64,000 nt of DNA from an uncultured Clostridia bacterium (GCA_944392515.1 CALXWV010000001.1:8718-72717), one strand, 5' to 3'; positions 26,553 through 36,416 are shown, numbered from the stretch's first letter. The notes: generated from the letters alone by a model not told the origin. Numbers and translations are program-made.

Positions 26553-27995
26553 TTACAGATATTTGGTACTCATGGTTTTCACCAAGCCATAGGCATTGAC
26601 TCTAAACAAATATCTGCTGTCAAAAATTCCTACAGCTTTAGGTTTCACCTCTTTTACTATTCTGTTTGCAAGCATCTCCTTGCTTTTTTCTTCTCCATGA
26701 GTTACCAGAACCAGTTCCAACCTTTTGAATTCCTTTAAAAACCGTATTAATTCATCTGCTTTTGCATGTGCTGAGAATTGATTTGTATATTCAACCAAAC
26801 AATTCTTTTCAACCACAAGCCCACCTACTTGTACTGTTCCACCCAATGGTGTATTTTTTAATCTTCCACCCAATGTGTCAGGAGCAGTGTAGCCAGTAAA
26901 ATGAATCATTGAGCCTGGTCTTCTAATATATTCAGGAATATACAATTGAGCTGGTCCATAGTTTCCCATTCCAGATGTTGTAAGAATGATTTTTTGTTCT
27001 TTTCCATGTAAAACCTTATCTCTTGTAGTTTTATCTACAAATGTAAGATTGTCTGGCAAAAAATCAATCATACTCGGCTTAATATTCAATTTACCACTTG
27101 TAAACAAACTTGTATAGTTAAAACAAAGTTTGCCATCAAGATATACTGGAATAGAACGATCCAATTCTTTCAGAGTTTGGAGCTCTTTTAATACGTAAAG
27201 TATTTCTTGAGCTCTTCCTAATGAAAAAACTGGAGCAACCACAGTACCTCCATCATGCAGGCAGCTAAGGATATTTTCTTCAAAGCAATTATTGATTTCA
27301 CTTGAATCCATATATCCATATGTTGACTCTGTTACAACTATAAGCCTTAAGTCCTTTACCCATTGTGGCAATTCGGCCAAGTCCAAAAAAATATTTTTAT
27401 AATTATAGTCCCCTAAAAATAGCAAATTAATATCTTCTTTTTCAGGGTAACTTATTTGAACTAGTATAATTGCCGCACCGATTAGATGTCCATTATTGAA
27501 ATAGGTAACTCTGATGTGGTCATCTATTTGCTTAGTTTCTTCCATTTTGCAAGCTTGTGCTTTCCTTAATACATTTTCCACGTCAGTATCAATATAAAGT
27601 GGTTTTTTATTGTTTCTTTTTGCCACATCCCGAAGAACCTTTTGAGAATCATTTAAAGCTAATGGTAATAAAACTCTAGTATCTTCGGTCATATAAATGT
27701 TACCTTTAAATCCTCTTTTGGTTAATAAAGGCAGCCTTCCTGTATGATCTACATGGTTATGTGTAACCAGAGTAAAAGAAATTCCTTCTGGATTAAAGAA
27801 TAACATTTGGTTTAAATCATCTGCCGTTTTTCCATGAATAAAACTACATTCTTCCTTTCCTTGATGAAGTCCACAATCTACTAAGAACTTAGTATTTGTG
27901 GCATTTGGGAACCGCACATTTTCTAAATGTGCAGAACCAGTTACATTTGAGCAAGATGTACTCATGTCCACATAGAAGCTTTCTTTCGTACCCAT
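26553..27995 (-). CDS. metallo-beta-lactamase-fold / beta-CASP hydrolase (CPSF73/RNase J-like family); visibly GC-richer than its neighbours
   Basis: THNHVDHTGRLP (HxHxDH); TESTYG; FSAHA and VTHGE C-terminal beta-CASP motifs. Start moved to MGTKESF, which follows a TAGGAGGA RBS. Confidence 0.75.
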   Translation of the reverse strand: MGTKESFYVDMSTSCSNVTGSAHLENVRFPNATNTKFLVDCGLHQGKEECSFIHGKTADDLNQMLFFNPEGISFTLVTHNHVDHTGRLPLLTKRGFKGNIYMTEDTRVLLPLALNDSQKVLRDVAKRNNKKPLYIDTDVENVLRKAQACKMEETKQIDDHIRVTYFNNGHLIGAAIILVQISYPEKEDINLLFLGDYNYKNIFLDLAELPQWVKDLRLIVVTESTYGYMDSSEINNCFEENILSCLHDGGTVVAPVFSLGRAQEILYVLKELQTLKELDRSIPVYLDGKLCFNYTSLFTSGKLNIKPSMIDFLPDNLTFVDKTTRDKVLHGKEQKIILTTSGMGNYGPAQLYIPEYIRRPGSMIHFTGYTAPDTLGGRLKNTPLGGTVQVGGLVVEKNCLVEYTNQFSAHAKADELIRFLKEFKRLELVLVTHGEEKSKEMLANRIVKEVKPKAVGIFDSRYLFRVNAYGLVKTMSTKYL

Positions 27996-28117
27996 AATTT
28001 TCCTCCTAGAATTAAGTTTTTCTAGTGCAAGCGAAAATACATTCATATTATATTACATTTTCTATCAATATACAATATTTTTCGATATATTTCGAGTTTT
28101 TACTTGTATTTTACACT

Positions 28118-29749
28118 TTACATACTTATAATTGTTTGAAGAACTTTTATTTTAGGTATCTCATCTATTTCTACTTCTAATGGATTTTTATCTAATATAA
28201 CTAAATTTGCTCTTTTACCTATCTTTATACTTCCTTTTTCGTTTTCTTCGAAATAACTATATGCTCCATTAATTGTTATTCCTTTTAAAGCATCATATAC
28301 AGATATCCTTTCATCTTTTCCTAATATAGCTCCTGCTTTTGTCTCTCTTTTAACTGCACACCAAACTGTCTCTAACATATTTGGTTTAATTATTGGTGAA
28401 TCTTGATGAAGTGTAAATACCATATTATTATCTACCGCTTCTTTTACTGGACTTATTCTTTTTGCTCTATTTATTCCAAAGTTTTTAATATGAATATCTC
28501 CCCAATAATATACATGGGCAACAAAAAATGATGGTATTGCTCCTATATCTTTTGCTTCTTTTAATTCTTCTTTTGTAATTAGTTGAGCGTGAATTATAAC
28601 TGGTCTTATTTCCTTAATTTTTTGTATATCCTTACTATCTTTTCTGCACTCTTTTAATGCTTTTATATATTCTTCTGCTGCTCTATCTCCATTACAATGA
28701 GCTAATATTTGCATATTATTTTCTTTTGCATATTCTATATTTTTTAAAATATCTTCATATTTCATACTTGGATAACCTGTATAATTTTGATTGCTACTAC
28801 TTGCCTCCTCATCTTCTTCATAAGGTTCTTTCATCCAGGCAGTTCTTCCTTGAGGAGAACCATCTAGTATCATCTTTATTCCTTGAATTTTAAAATGATT
28901 ATTATATTTTTTTATTGACTTAGGAAAAGCATTTTTATATTCTTCTATACTATTAAAATCTGGATATCCTACTACATCTAATTTTAATATATTTTTCTCT
29001 ACTAGCACTCTATATATATTTAATAACTCTTTTGACATATATCCTTCTTGAATAGTTGTTATTCCATAAGATATATATTCATCTTGTGCTTTTTCATATG
29101 CCTTAAGTAGTTTATCCATACTAGGCATAGGCACTTTTTTTAAATAACTTACAAATGCAATTTCTTCTAAATATCCTGTTAAATCTCCATTTTTTATTTC
29201 TATTTTTCCACCTTCTGGTGACTTAGTATTTTTAGTTATACCTAATAACTCTAGTGCTTTTTTATTAAACACTCCCATATGCTCTGATTTATGTTTTAGT
29301 ACAATTGGATTATTTATATTTAATGTATCTAAAAAGCGAATTGTTGGATGCTTTTGTTCTTTGAGAAAAGTATTATCATAACCATTTGCAATAATCCATT
29401 CATCATCTTTAATATTATTCTTTTCTTTGTATTCTAATATTTTATTTTTAATATCTTCAAATGATTTGCATTCATTTAAGTCTACTTGTAAAAAAGAATT
29501 TGCTACTGCTGAAAAATGACTATGAGAATCAATAAAACTAGGAAGGATTGTTTTTCCTTCCATATCTACTACTTTTGTATTATTATCTTTTAATTTTAGT
29601 ACTTCTTCATTTGTTCCTACTTTTTTAATTATTCCATTTTCAAAGCATAGTGCTTCATAATATCTTATTTTCTTTTCGTCAATTTCATCTTCTTTGCACA
29701 TTGTAATTATATTGGCATTATATAATATGGTTTTCAACATTTCCTCCAC
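28118..29749 (-). CDS. amidohydrolase-family protein (YtcJ-like, amidohydrolase 3)
   Basis: 543 aa; PSFIDSHSHF metal-binding start, HCNGD, IIHAQ and FTLHQDSP blocks. Start is uncertain (a GTG overlapping GGAGG, or the ATG 9 nt later). Confidence 0.8.
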   Translation of the reverse strand: MEEMLKTILYNANIITMCKEDEIDEKKIRYYEALCFENGIIKKVGTNEEVLKLKDNNTKVVDMEGKTILPSFIDSHSHFSAVANSFLQVDLNECKSFEDIKNKILEYKEKNNIKDDEWIIANGYDNTFLKEQKHPTIRFLDTLNINNPIVLKHKSEHMGVFNKKALELLGITKNTKSPEGGKIEIKNGDLTGYLEEIAFVSYLKKVPMPSMDKLLKAYEKAQDEYISYGITTIQEGYMSKELLNIYRVLVEKNILKLDVVGYPDFNSIEEYKNAFPKSIKKYNNHFKIQGIKMILDGSPQGRTAWMKEPYEEDEEASSSNQNYTGYPSMKYEDILKNIEYAKENNMQILAHCNGDRAAEEYIKALKECRKDSKDIQKIKEIRPVIIHAQLITKEELKEAKDIGAIPSFFVAHVYYWGDIHIKNFGINRAKRISPVKEAVDNNMVFTLHQDSPIIKPNMLETVWCAVKRETKAGAILGKDERISVYDALKGITINGAYSYFEENEKGSIKIGKRANLVILDKNPLEVEIDEIPKIKVLQTIISM

Positions 29750-29873
29750 TTTTAGTAAAGTATTTTTTCTTTAGTATTTCCCTTTTAGCTTTTTATATTA
29801 CAATATTTTTTTATCTATTATATTATTATCTAAGTCTTTTAATAATATTTTATTATTCTGCCATATTATATAA

Positions 29874-30338
29874 CTATTTTTTATCTGTAGAACCAAATCC
29901 TCCTGTTCTTTCTCCTCCTGCTACATCATTATCTACAACTAAATATTTTTGGAATATTGCTTGTCCTATTCTTTCTCCTTTTTCAACTTTTATATCTTCG
30001 TCTTTAAAGTTCCAAAATGCATACATTATATGACCATCATTATCTGAATTTCCATAATAATCTTTATCTACTATTCCAACACTATTTGCTAAAACTAATC
30101 CTTTTTTCTTTGGGTTTGAACTTCTATTATATAGGCAAAGCATTTCATCGTCTTGCATATATGCTTTTAAACCTGTCGGTACTAATGTTGGTTTTACTCC
30201 TGGTTTAAAAGCTGGTATAACTATATCTTCTGCTGCTTCTACATCATAACCTGCTGCATATTTTGTTGTTCTTTTTGGTAGATTAATATTTTTATCTTCC
30301 CATCCTTTTGCTATTTCAAATCCTCTTAATTTTTCCAT
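29874..30338 (-). CDS. dut: dUTP diphosphatase
   Basis: PKRTTKYAAGYDV; GIVDKDYYGN; GERIGQ..F; GGFGST. Start moved to MEKLRG, which follows GGAGG. Confidence 0.88.
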   Translation of the reverse strand: MEKLRGFEIAKGWEDKNINLPKRTTKYAAGYDVEAAEDIVIPAFKPGVKPTLVPTGLKAYMQDDEMLCLYNRSSNPKKKGLVLANSVGIVDKDYYGNSDNDGHIMYAFWNFKDEDIKVEKGERIGQAIFQKYLVVDNDVAGGERTGGFGSTDKK

Positions 30339-30360
30339 AATTTCCTCCATTTTTTATTTA

Positions 30361-30387
30361 TATAATCATATATTTTAATGATTATAT
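30361..30387. promoter_or_regulatory. 9-bp inverted repeat in the dut/feoA divergent region (Fur-box-like hexamers; candidate metalloregulator operator)
   Basis: TATAATCAT - 9 nt - ATGATTATA, about 100 nt upstream of feoA. It contains AATCAT/ATGATT half-sites reminiscent of Fur boxes but not the canonical 7-1-7 spacing. Confidence 0.3.
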
Positions 30388-30483
30388 GTCTTTATTTGTT
30401 TATTTTATATTTTTCAAACATATTTTAATTCATTATAACTTATATGTCAATTAGTGCATAAAATAAATATATAGAGGTATATT

Positions 30484-30732
30484 ATGTTTACAACTTTAAA
30501 TAATTTAAAATTAAATGAAAAAGGAATTGTGAAAAAGATTTCTTGTGATGATAGAATTACTAGAAGATTATATGATTTAGGTTTATTAGAAAATACCTTT
30601 ATTTCTCCTATTTTTGCAAGCCCATTTGGTGATCCTAGAGCATATGAATTTAGAGGTAATATAATTGCTATTAGAGATGATGATGCATATAATATTGTTG
30701 TTGAAGTAAAAGAAAATGGACTAAATAATTAG
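30484..30732 (+). CDS. feoA: ferrous iron transport protein FeoA
   Basis: 82 aa; L..L..GE.G.V..I......RRL.DLGL..G SH3-like FeoA pattern. Confidence 0.85.
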   Translation: MFTTLNNLKLNEKGIVKKISCDDRITRRLYDLGLLENTFISPIFASPFGDPRAYEFRGNIIAIRDDDAYNIVVEVKENGLNN

Positions 30733-30739
30733 TCCATTT

Positions 30740-31432
30740 TTATTTTTTTAATTCTTCTTCTGCCTCTTTATAATCTGGCATATATTTTTCTACCATTGCC
30801 CAAAACTTTTTTGAATGATTCATATATTTTAAGTGGCATATTTCATGAAGTACTACATATTCTATTGCTTTTCTGCTGTACATCATTAAGTTTTGGTTTA
30901 TTGTTATTTTTCTATTTGATGAACAACTTCCCCAGATTGATTTTGTTTTCTTTATTCTATATTCTTCTGGTGCTAGTCCAACTAATTTTCTCATTTTTTC
31001 CATTGAGTTTTCTACTTCTTTTTCTGCTATCATATAATACATTTTATCTATCATCTTTTTTATTTGCTCTGTATTATCTTCTTCTGCATATCTTAATGGT
31101 AATATTATAGCTATTTTTCCATTTTCAACATTTAACATTGCCATATTAATATCTTTATAATATATATTTAAATAATATGCTTCTCCAAGAATTTGAAACT
31201 TTTCACCATCTGCATATTCTTTAACTTTTGTTGGTGATTCTCTATATTCTTGTAATTTTTGCATTATCCATTGTCTTTTAGCTTCTACCACATTCTGAAT
31301 TTGAGAACTGGTAGCAAAACGTGGAGCTTTTATTACTACTTCGCCATTTTGTATTGTAATATAAAAATTCTTTATTTTTGCTCTATTTACTGTATAAGCT
31401 ATTGTTTTATTTTCATATTTTACTTTATTCAT
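30740..31432 (-). CDS. YgjP/DUF45-family (M48-like, SprT-like) metal-dependent hydrolase
   Basis: 230 aa; WGSCSS.....N..L; the VVLHEICHLKYMNHSKKFW HExxH block is diagnostic for DUF45. Confidence 0.8.
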   Translation of the reverse strand: MNKVKYENKTIAYTVNRAKIKNFYITIQNGEVVIKAPRFATSSQIQNVVEAKRQWIMQKLQEYRESPTKVKEYADGEKFQILGEAYYLNIYYKDINMAMLNVENGKIAIILPLRYAEEDNTEQIKKMIDKMYYMIAEKEVENSMEKMRKLVGLAPEEYRIKKTKSIWGSCSSNRKITINQNLMMYSRKAIEYVVLHEICHLKYMNHSKKFWAMVEKYMPDYKEAEEELKK

Positions 31433-31823
31433 ACCAGTTCCTCCTCAGAATAGAAATTTAGGTTTTAGGTTATTTTATTTTGAACTTCTGTTCGATTTTA
31501 ATTTTACTATTTTTCTTTTTCTTTGTCAATACTTTTTTGAAATTTTTTTAATATTTTTTGTTTTGTTTTGATTTTGCCTATTTTACTATATTTCTAGAAG
31601 TATGTATTCATTTTTTATTGATTTATAGCCACTTTTAGTTTTATTTTGTTTAATATGCTAGTCTTTTAATTTTGGTTTTTAATTTAGTATTCTTGTTCGG
31701 TTTTGTTATATTGGTACTAGCATTATACATAGTATTTTAACAACAACTTTATAATTTATATTTACTATTTACATGTTATTTTTACTATATTTAATTTTTA
31801 TTCTGTTGAAAGAGGTGAATTTT

Positions 31824-33752
31824 ATGGGCTTATCTAATAGCTCTACTGGTAAGAAAGTTTCTAATAATTCAAAAGACTTTTCTAATTTTGATTTTACTGT
31901 TGCAATTGCAGGAAATCCTAATGTTGGCAAGTCCACTATTTTTAATGCTCTTACTGGTTTAAATCAACATACTGGAAATTGGACAGGAAAAACAGTTGAA
32001 AATGCAGCTGGTATTTGTTCGTATAATAATCAAAAATTTTTACTTGTAGATATTCCAGGTACATATTCTCTTATGGCTGATTCTGAAGAAGAAAAAATTG
32101 CAAGAGATTACATAGAAAGTGGCAAAGCAAATGCTACCTTAGTTATTGTTGATGCAACTTTACTTGAAAGAAATTTAAATTTAGTTTTTCAAATTATGAA
32201 CTTAACTAAAAATGTAATTGTTTGCGTTAATCTATTAGATGAAGCTAAGAAAAAAGGTATTAGTGTTGATTTAGATACACTTTCTCAAATTCTTGGTGTT
32301 CCTGTTGTTGGAACTATTGCAAGAAAGAAAAAAACTTTAAAAGATTTAATTTCTACTATTTCAAATGTTTGTAATAACAAATTAAATTTTTCGCCCAACA
32401 CAATTGATATTCCTTTAAATGATAATAAAGAATTCTTAGATAAAGTTTTTGATAAGGCTCATGAAATTGTATCTGAAGTTGTTACTGTAAAAAATGAAGA
32501 TTACAATGAAAGAAATAAAAAAATAGATAGAATTCTTACATCTAAAAAGTTTGGTATTCCTATTATGATACTTTTCTTTTGCCTAATATTTTGGATTACA
32601 ATAGTTGGTGCTAATTATCCATCAGAAGTACTTTCTAATTTTTTTGCTTGGTTTGAACCAATACTTAAAAATTTATTTATTTGTATACATACTCCTTCTT
32701 GGCTTCTTTCACTTCTTTTTGATGGAGTTTATAAAACTGTTACTTGGATTGTAAGTGTTATGCTTCCTCCTATGGCTATATTCTTCCCTCTTTTTACTTT
32801 ATTAGAAGATTTAGGATATTTGCCTAGAATAGCTTTTAACTTAGATAAATGCTTTAAGAAATGTCATTCTTCTGGTAAACAATCTCTCACTATGTGTATG
32901 GGATTCGGTTGTAATGCTGCAGGAGTAATTGGCTGCCGTATTATTAGTTCAAAAAGAGAAAGGTTAATTGCTATTCTTACCAATGTTTTTGTACCTTGCA
33001 ATGGTAGATTTCCTTTTTTAATTACTATTGCTACTATATTTTTTACTAGTGCTGCAAGTGCAGGAGAAAGTCTAAAATCTAGCTTAATTGCTACTTTTAT
33101 AGTATTTATAGTTATATGTATAGGAATTGGATTTACTTTTCTAACATCATACATTCTTTCTAAAACAATTTTAAAGGGTGCTACTGATTGTACTTTACTT
33201 GAACTACCACCATATAGGAAACCACAAATATGTAAAATACTTATTCATTCTTTACTTGATAGAACTTTATTTGTTTTAGGTAGAGCTTTATCTGTTGCCG
33301 TTCCTGCTGGAATTTTAATTTGGCTACTTTCTAATGTTCAAATAGCAGATAATAGTATTCTTTATTATATTGCAAGTTTCTTTGATCCTTTTGCTAAACT
33401 TATGGGGTTAGATGGATATATTTTAACCGCCTTTATACTTGGGCTTCCTGCTAATGAAATTGTTCTTCCTATTATTCTTATGTGTTATACAGGTGCTGGA
33501 AGTTTAGTTGATATGAGCAGTATTAAAGCGTTATTTGAAATATTATCTACAAATGGTTGGACTATAATTACAGCTATAAATGTTATGATATTTTCACTTT
33601 TGCATTTTCCTTGCGCTACCACTCTTCTTACTATTAAGAATGAAACCAAAAGTTTAAAGTGGACTGCTATTTCATTTTTATTACCAACTATTATTGGAAT
33701 TGTTATGTGTATGGTAATTAATTTAATTTACAATGTTGTTTTGTTATTTTAG
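31824..33752 (+). CDS. feoB: ferrous iron transport protein FeoB
   Basis: GNPNVGKST G1, DIPGTYSL, an NLLD G4-like motif, then a polytopic membrane domain. Start moved to MGLSNS, which follows an AGAGGTGA RBS. Confidence 0.92.
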   Translation: MGLSNSSTGKKVSNNSKDFSNFDFTVAIAGNPNVGKSTIFNALTGLNQHTGNWTGKTVENAAGICSYNNQKFLLVDIPGTYSLMADSEEEKIARDYIESGKANATLVIVDATLLERNLNLVFQIMNLTKNVIVCVNLLDEAKKKGISVDLDTLSQILGVPVVGTIARKKKTLKDLISTISNVCNNKLNFSPNTIDIPLNDNKEFLDKVFDKAHEIVSEVVTVKNEDYNERNKKIDRILTSKKFGIPIMILFFCLIFWITIVGANYPSEVLSNFFAWFEPILKNLFICIHTPSWLLSLLFDGVYKTVTWIVSVMLPPMAIFFPLFTLLEDLGYLPRIAFNLDKCFKKCHSSGKQSLTMCMGFGCNAAGVIGCRIISSKRERLIAILTNVFVPCNGRFPFLITIATIFFTSAASAGESLKSSLIATFIVFIVICIGIGFTFLTSYILSKTILKGATDCTLLELPPYRKPQICKILIHSLLDRTLFVLGRALSVAVPAGILIWLLSNVQIADNSILYYIASFFDPFAKLMGLDGYILTAFILGLPANEIVLPIILMCYTGAGSLVDMSSIKALFEILSTNGWTIITAINVMIFSLLHFPCATTLLTIKNETKSLKWTAISFLLPTIIGIVMCMVINLIYNVVLLF

Positions 33753-33766
33753 CTTGTATTTAGTCG

Positions 33767-33798
33767 TAGGGTAGATTCGCGGTCTGCCCTATTTTTTT
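33767..33798 (+). terminator. Rho-independent terminator after feoB
   Basis: UAGGGUAGA-UUCGCGG-UCUGCCCUA (9 bp including one G-U pair) followed by TTTTTTT. Confidence 0.8.
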
Positions 33799-33800
33799 AT

Positions 33801-33835
33801 AAAAAAATAGTATGTGCATTCGCGGTACACATACT
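33801..33835 (-). terminator. Rho-independent terminator facing the YolD-like/polymerase operon
   Basis: AGTATGTG - 11-nt loop (CATTCGCGGTA) - CACATACT, followed by a T7 run on the minus strand. Confidence 0.65.
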
Positions 33836-33948
33836 GTTATAACTTGAATAACTAGCGACATTCAAGATTCATTTACTTGTAATTAAATAATATCATATAT
33901 TTTTTTATTTGTCAAACGATTTTTCGAAACTTTTTTAGTTTTTGCTAT

Positions 33949-34263
33949 TTACACAATTTCAATTCCTATCACATCAAATAGATTTATTTCTTTGCTGTCT
34001 ATTATTATTCTCCTATTTAGTTTATCTATTTTGTTTACTTTTCCTTCAATCTTAGTATATTTATCTCCATCATAATATGTAACTTCTATAATTTTATTAA
34101 TATCCATTGCTTTTATTTTCATTGATAATTCTTCATTTACTTCATCTGACAATTCTTTTCTATCTATATGCACTTTCTCTTTTTCTTTTAATGCCTCTTT
34201 AAATCCTGTAAGTGCATCAAAAGGCATAAATAACCTTGCTCTTTCCTCCCTAATCATAAGCAT
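33949..34263 (-). CDS. YolD-like protein
   Basis: 104 aa; the N-terminal R..LFMPFDAL.GF motif resembles the YolD family. It overlaps the polymerase gene stop by 14 nt. Confidence 0.65.
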   Translation of the reverse strand: MLMIREERARLFMPFDALTGFKEALKEKEKVHIDRKELSDEVNEELSMKIKAMDINKIIEVTYYDGDKYTKIEGKVNKIDKLNRRIIIDSKEINLFDVIGIEIV

Positions 34264-35506
34264 TATGACCTCCTATAAGTTTATTTCTAAGTATTGTTGT
34301 AGCACCCTCTTCTAAATCCATCCCTCTTATTATTGCATTTTTTCCTAGTTTTTGTTTTATATCACTTATTGCCAATTCTATTTTTCTTTCTTTTGTTATT
34401 TTTTCTTGATTTTCAAATAAACTAAGTTGTTCTTCATCTCCACTTACTAGTCTATTAAAACTTACTCCTATTCTTCTTATTGGCACAGTTTTATTAGTTG
34501 TACTATCATAAAGTTTTAAAAAATATTGTATTAAATTAGAATATGTATTTGTATAATTACTTATTTTTAAACTACCACCTGTTGAATTAATTATATTTTT
34601 TGAATAGCCTATATACAAGCCTATTGTATCTGTTATAAGATTTTTTTCTACTAATTTAATGCTATTTAATTCAACCATTTCTTTAAGTACTATTCTTGCA
34701 TTCTCAAAATTATAATCTTCAAATAATACTTGGCTAGAAGATATTGATATATTTTTTGTTTTATACTTTTTTATATCTTCTATTGTGCAACTTTCTTTTC
34801 CCCATGAATGGTCTATTAAAAATTCTGCATTTACACCAAATTCTTTGTATAATATTTTTGGATTTGTATGAGCTATATCATACATATCATATATTCTTTT
34901 TTTATTAAGCCTTCTTTCAATACCTTTTCCTATTTGCCAAAAGTCTGTTAATGGTTTATGGTGCCAAAGTTTAAGTTTATATTTTTCTTCATCTAGATAT
35001 CCTATATTGGTTGGTGTATGTTTTGACATTATATCTAGTGCTACTTTTGCTAAATATAAATTTGTACCAATTCCAACAGTTGCAGTTAATCCATAAGTAT
35101 CATATATATCTTTTAAGATTGTTTTGGCAAGTTCTATTTCATCCATTTTATAAAATTTCAAATACTTAGTTACATCTAAGAATGCTTCATCTATTGAATA
35201 AACATATATATCTTCTTTAGATAGATATTTTAAATAAATAGCATAAATATTTGCTGAATATTCTATATATTTTTTCATTCTAGGCTTTGCTATTATATAT
35301 TTAATATTTGGTGGTATTTCATAAAGTCTACATCTATTTTTAACTCCTAACATTTTCATTCTTGGTGATACTGCTAAACAAATTGTACCTTTTCCCCTTG
35401 ATTCATCTGCCACTACTAAATTTGTACTAAAAGGATCTAACTTTCTTTCAACGCACTCTACAGAAGCATAAAAAGTTTTTAGGTCTATGCATAAATACAT
35501 ACTCAT
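34250..35506 (-). CDS. Y-family DNA polymerase (UvrX/YqjW/UmuC-like)
   Basis: 418 aa; YLCIDLKTFYASVEC, YSIDEAFLDV, and the HHKPLTDFWQIGKG HhH region. Confidence 0.85.
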   Translation of the reverse strand: MSMYLCIDLKTFYASVECVERKLDPFSTNLVVADESRGKGTICLAVSPRMKMLGVKNRCRLYEIPPNIKYIIAKPRMKKYIEYSANIYAIYLKYLSKEDIYVYSIDEAFLDVTKYLKFYKMDEIELAKTILKDIYDTYGLTATVGIGTNLYLAKVALDIMSKHTPTNIGYLDEEKYKLKLWHHKPLTDFWQIGKGIERRLNKKRIYDMYDIAHTNPKILYKEFGVNAEFLIDHSWGKESCTIEDIKKYKTKNISISSSQVLFEDYNFENARIVLKEMVELNSIKLVEKNLITDTIGLYIGYSKNIINSTGGSLKISNYTNTYSNLIQYFLKLYDSTTNKTVPIRRIGVSFNRLVSGDEEQLSLFENQEKITKERKIELAISDIKQKLGKNAIIRGMDLEEGATTILRNKLIGGHNAYD

Positions 35507-35580
35507 TTTTTCACCTCATTTTTTTGTATTTAAATTTATTTTTTGCTTTGTATGTTACTTGCTATTTTATATTATATCAT

Positions 35581-35608
35581 CGTACAATTGTTTTGTAAAC
35601 ATTTGTTT
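35581..35608. promoter_or_regulatory. two adjacent degenerate GAAC-N4-GTTC-like dyads upstream of the Y-family polymerase operon (possible LexA/SOS boxes)
   Basis: cGTACaattGTTTt and tAAACatttGTTTt lie 75-100 nt upstream of the ATG at 35506. Each departs from the Firmicute Cheo box by one or more positions per half-site. Confidence 0.25.
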
Positions 35609-35708
35609 TATATTTTGATAAGTTAATTTTTACCTTTTATAGAAAAATCAAAGAGGAGAGCATGTGCTCTCCTATATTTTGTAAGTTTCTTCAAACACTT
35701 ACTAACTT

Positions 35709-36416
35709 CTATGCCTTTTCTTCCTGCATTTCTTCGTTTTCGTTATATAATTTTTTTATTTTTCTTTCTAATCTCATTTTTCTTTGAACTCTTATTTTTA
35801 GTTCTTCTACATTTGCTTTTGACATTTCTGCTTTTGGATATTCTGGTTCTAATATTGTTAATGTTATAAAAGGTCTTTTCTTAAATTTTCTTATTATTCC
35901 TTCTGGCTCTCTATATGTAAAAACTATTGGCAAAATTGGTACTTGATTTTTAACAGCAAAGTTAAATGCTCCATTTTTAAATTCCCTAATCCCATCATAA
36001 TATGGTATTAGATGTCCTTCGGGATATATTCCCACAACTTCTCCTCTTTTTAGTAATCCATCTATTGTATTTACCATTCTTTCTTTTCCCGCAACATTTC
36101 TTGGTATTGGTATTCCTCTAAAAAGCATTACTAAATATTTAATAATTGGTATTTCTAGATTAGATTGCAAAGTTAGAAAATATGGAATTCTTGGAAATAT
36201 AGATAAAGTTATCATTGCACAGTCTATCATATTAATATGATTTGCAACTGTAATATACTCATCTCCTACTTTATTTAAATTCTCTCTTCCTTCTATTTTT
36301 AATCCCATCCATATTTTTGTAAGTAAAAATAGAATAGGATATGCAATTAAATATAATAAACTACTTAATATTTTGTAGATTACCGAGTGATGTAATAAGT
36401 CCCCTTTCTTATTCAT
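35709..36416 (-). CDS. 1-acyl-sn-glycerol-3-phosphate acyltransferase family protein (PlsC-like)
   Basis: NHINMIDC (HX4D) and IYPEGH motifs; N-terminal TM helix. Confidence 0.8.
   Translation of the reverse strand: MNKKGDLLHHSVIYKILSSLLYLIAYPILFLLTKIWMGLKIEGRENLNKVGDEYITVANHINMIDCAMITLSIFPRIPYFLTLQSNLEIPIIKYLVMLFRGIPIPRNVAGKERMVNTIDGLLKRGEVVGIYPEGHLIPYYDGIREFKNGAFNFAVKNQVPILPIVFTYREPEGIIRKFKKRPFITLTILEPEYPKAEMSKANVEELKIRVQRKMRLERKIKKLYNENEEMQEEKA

Noticed and set aside
31773-31823. N-terminal extensions in the ORF track. Examples: feoB 17 aa, rpmB 10 aa, tsf 19 aa, rnc 15 aa, capA-like 24 aa, beta-CASP 17 aa, acpP 7 aa, ogg 8 aa.
   Set aside because: In each case an internal ATG preceded by a GGAGG-type RBS coincides with the conserved N-terminus of the family. 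The upstream codons are often TTG or GTG inside the RBS itself.
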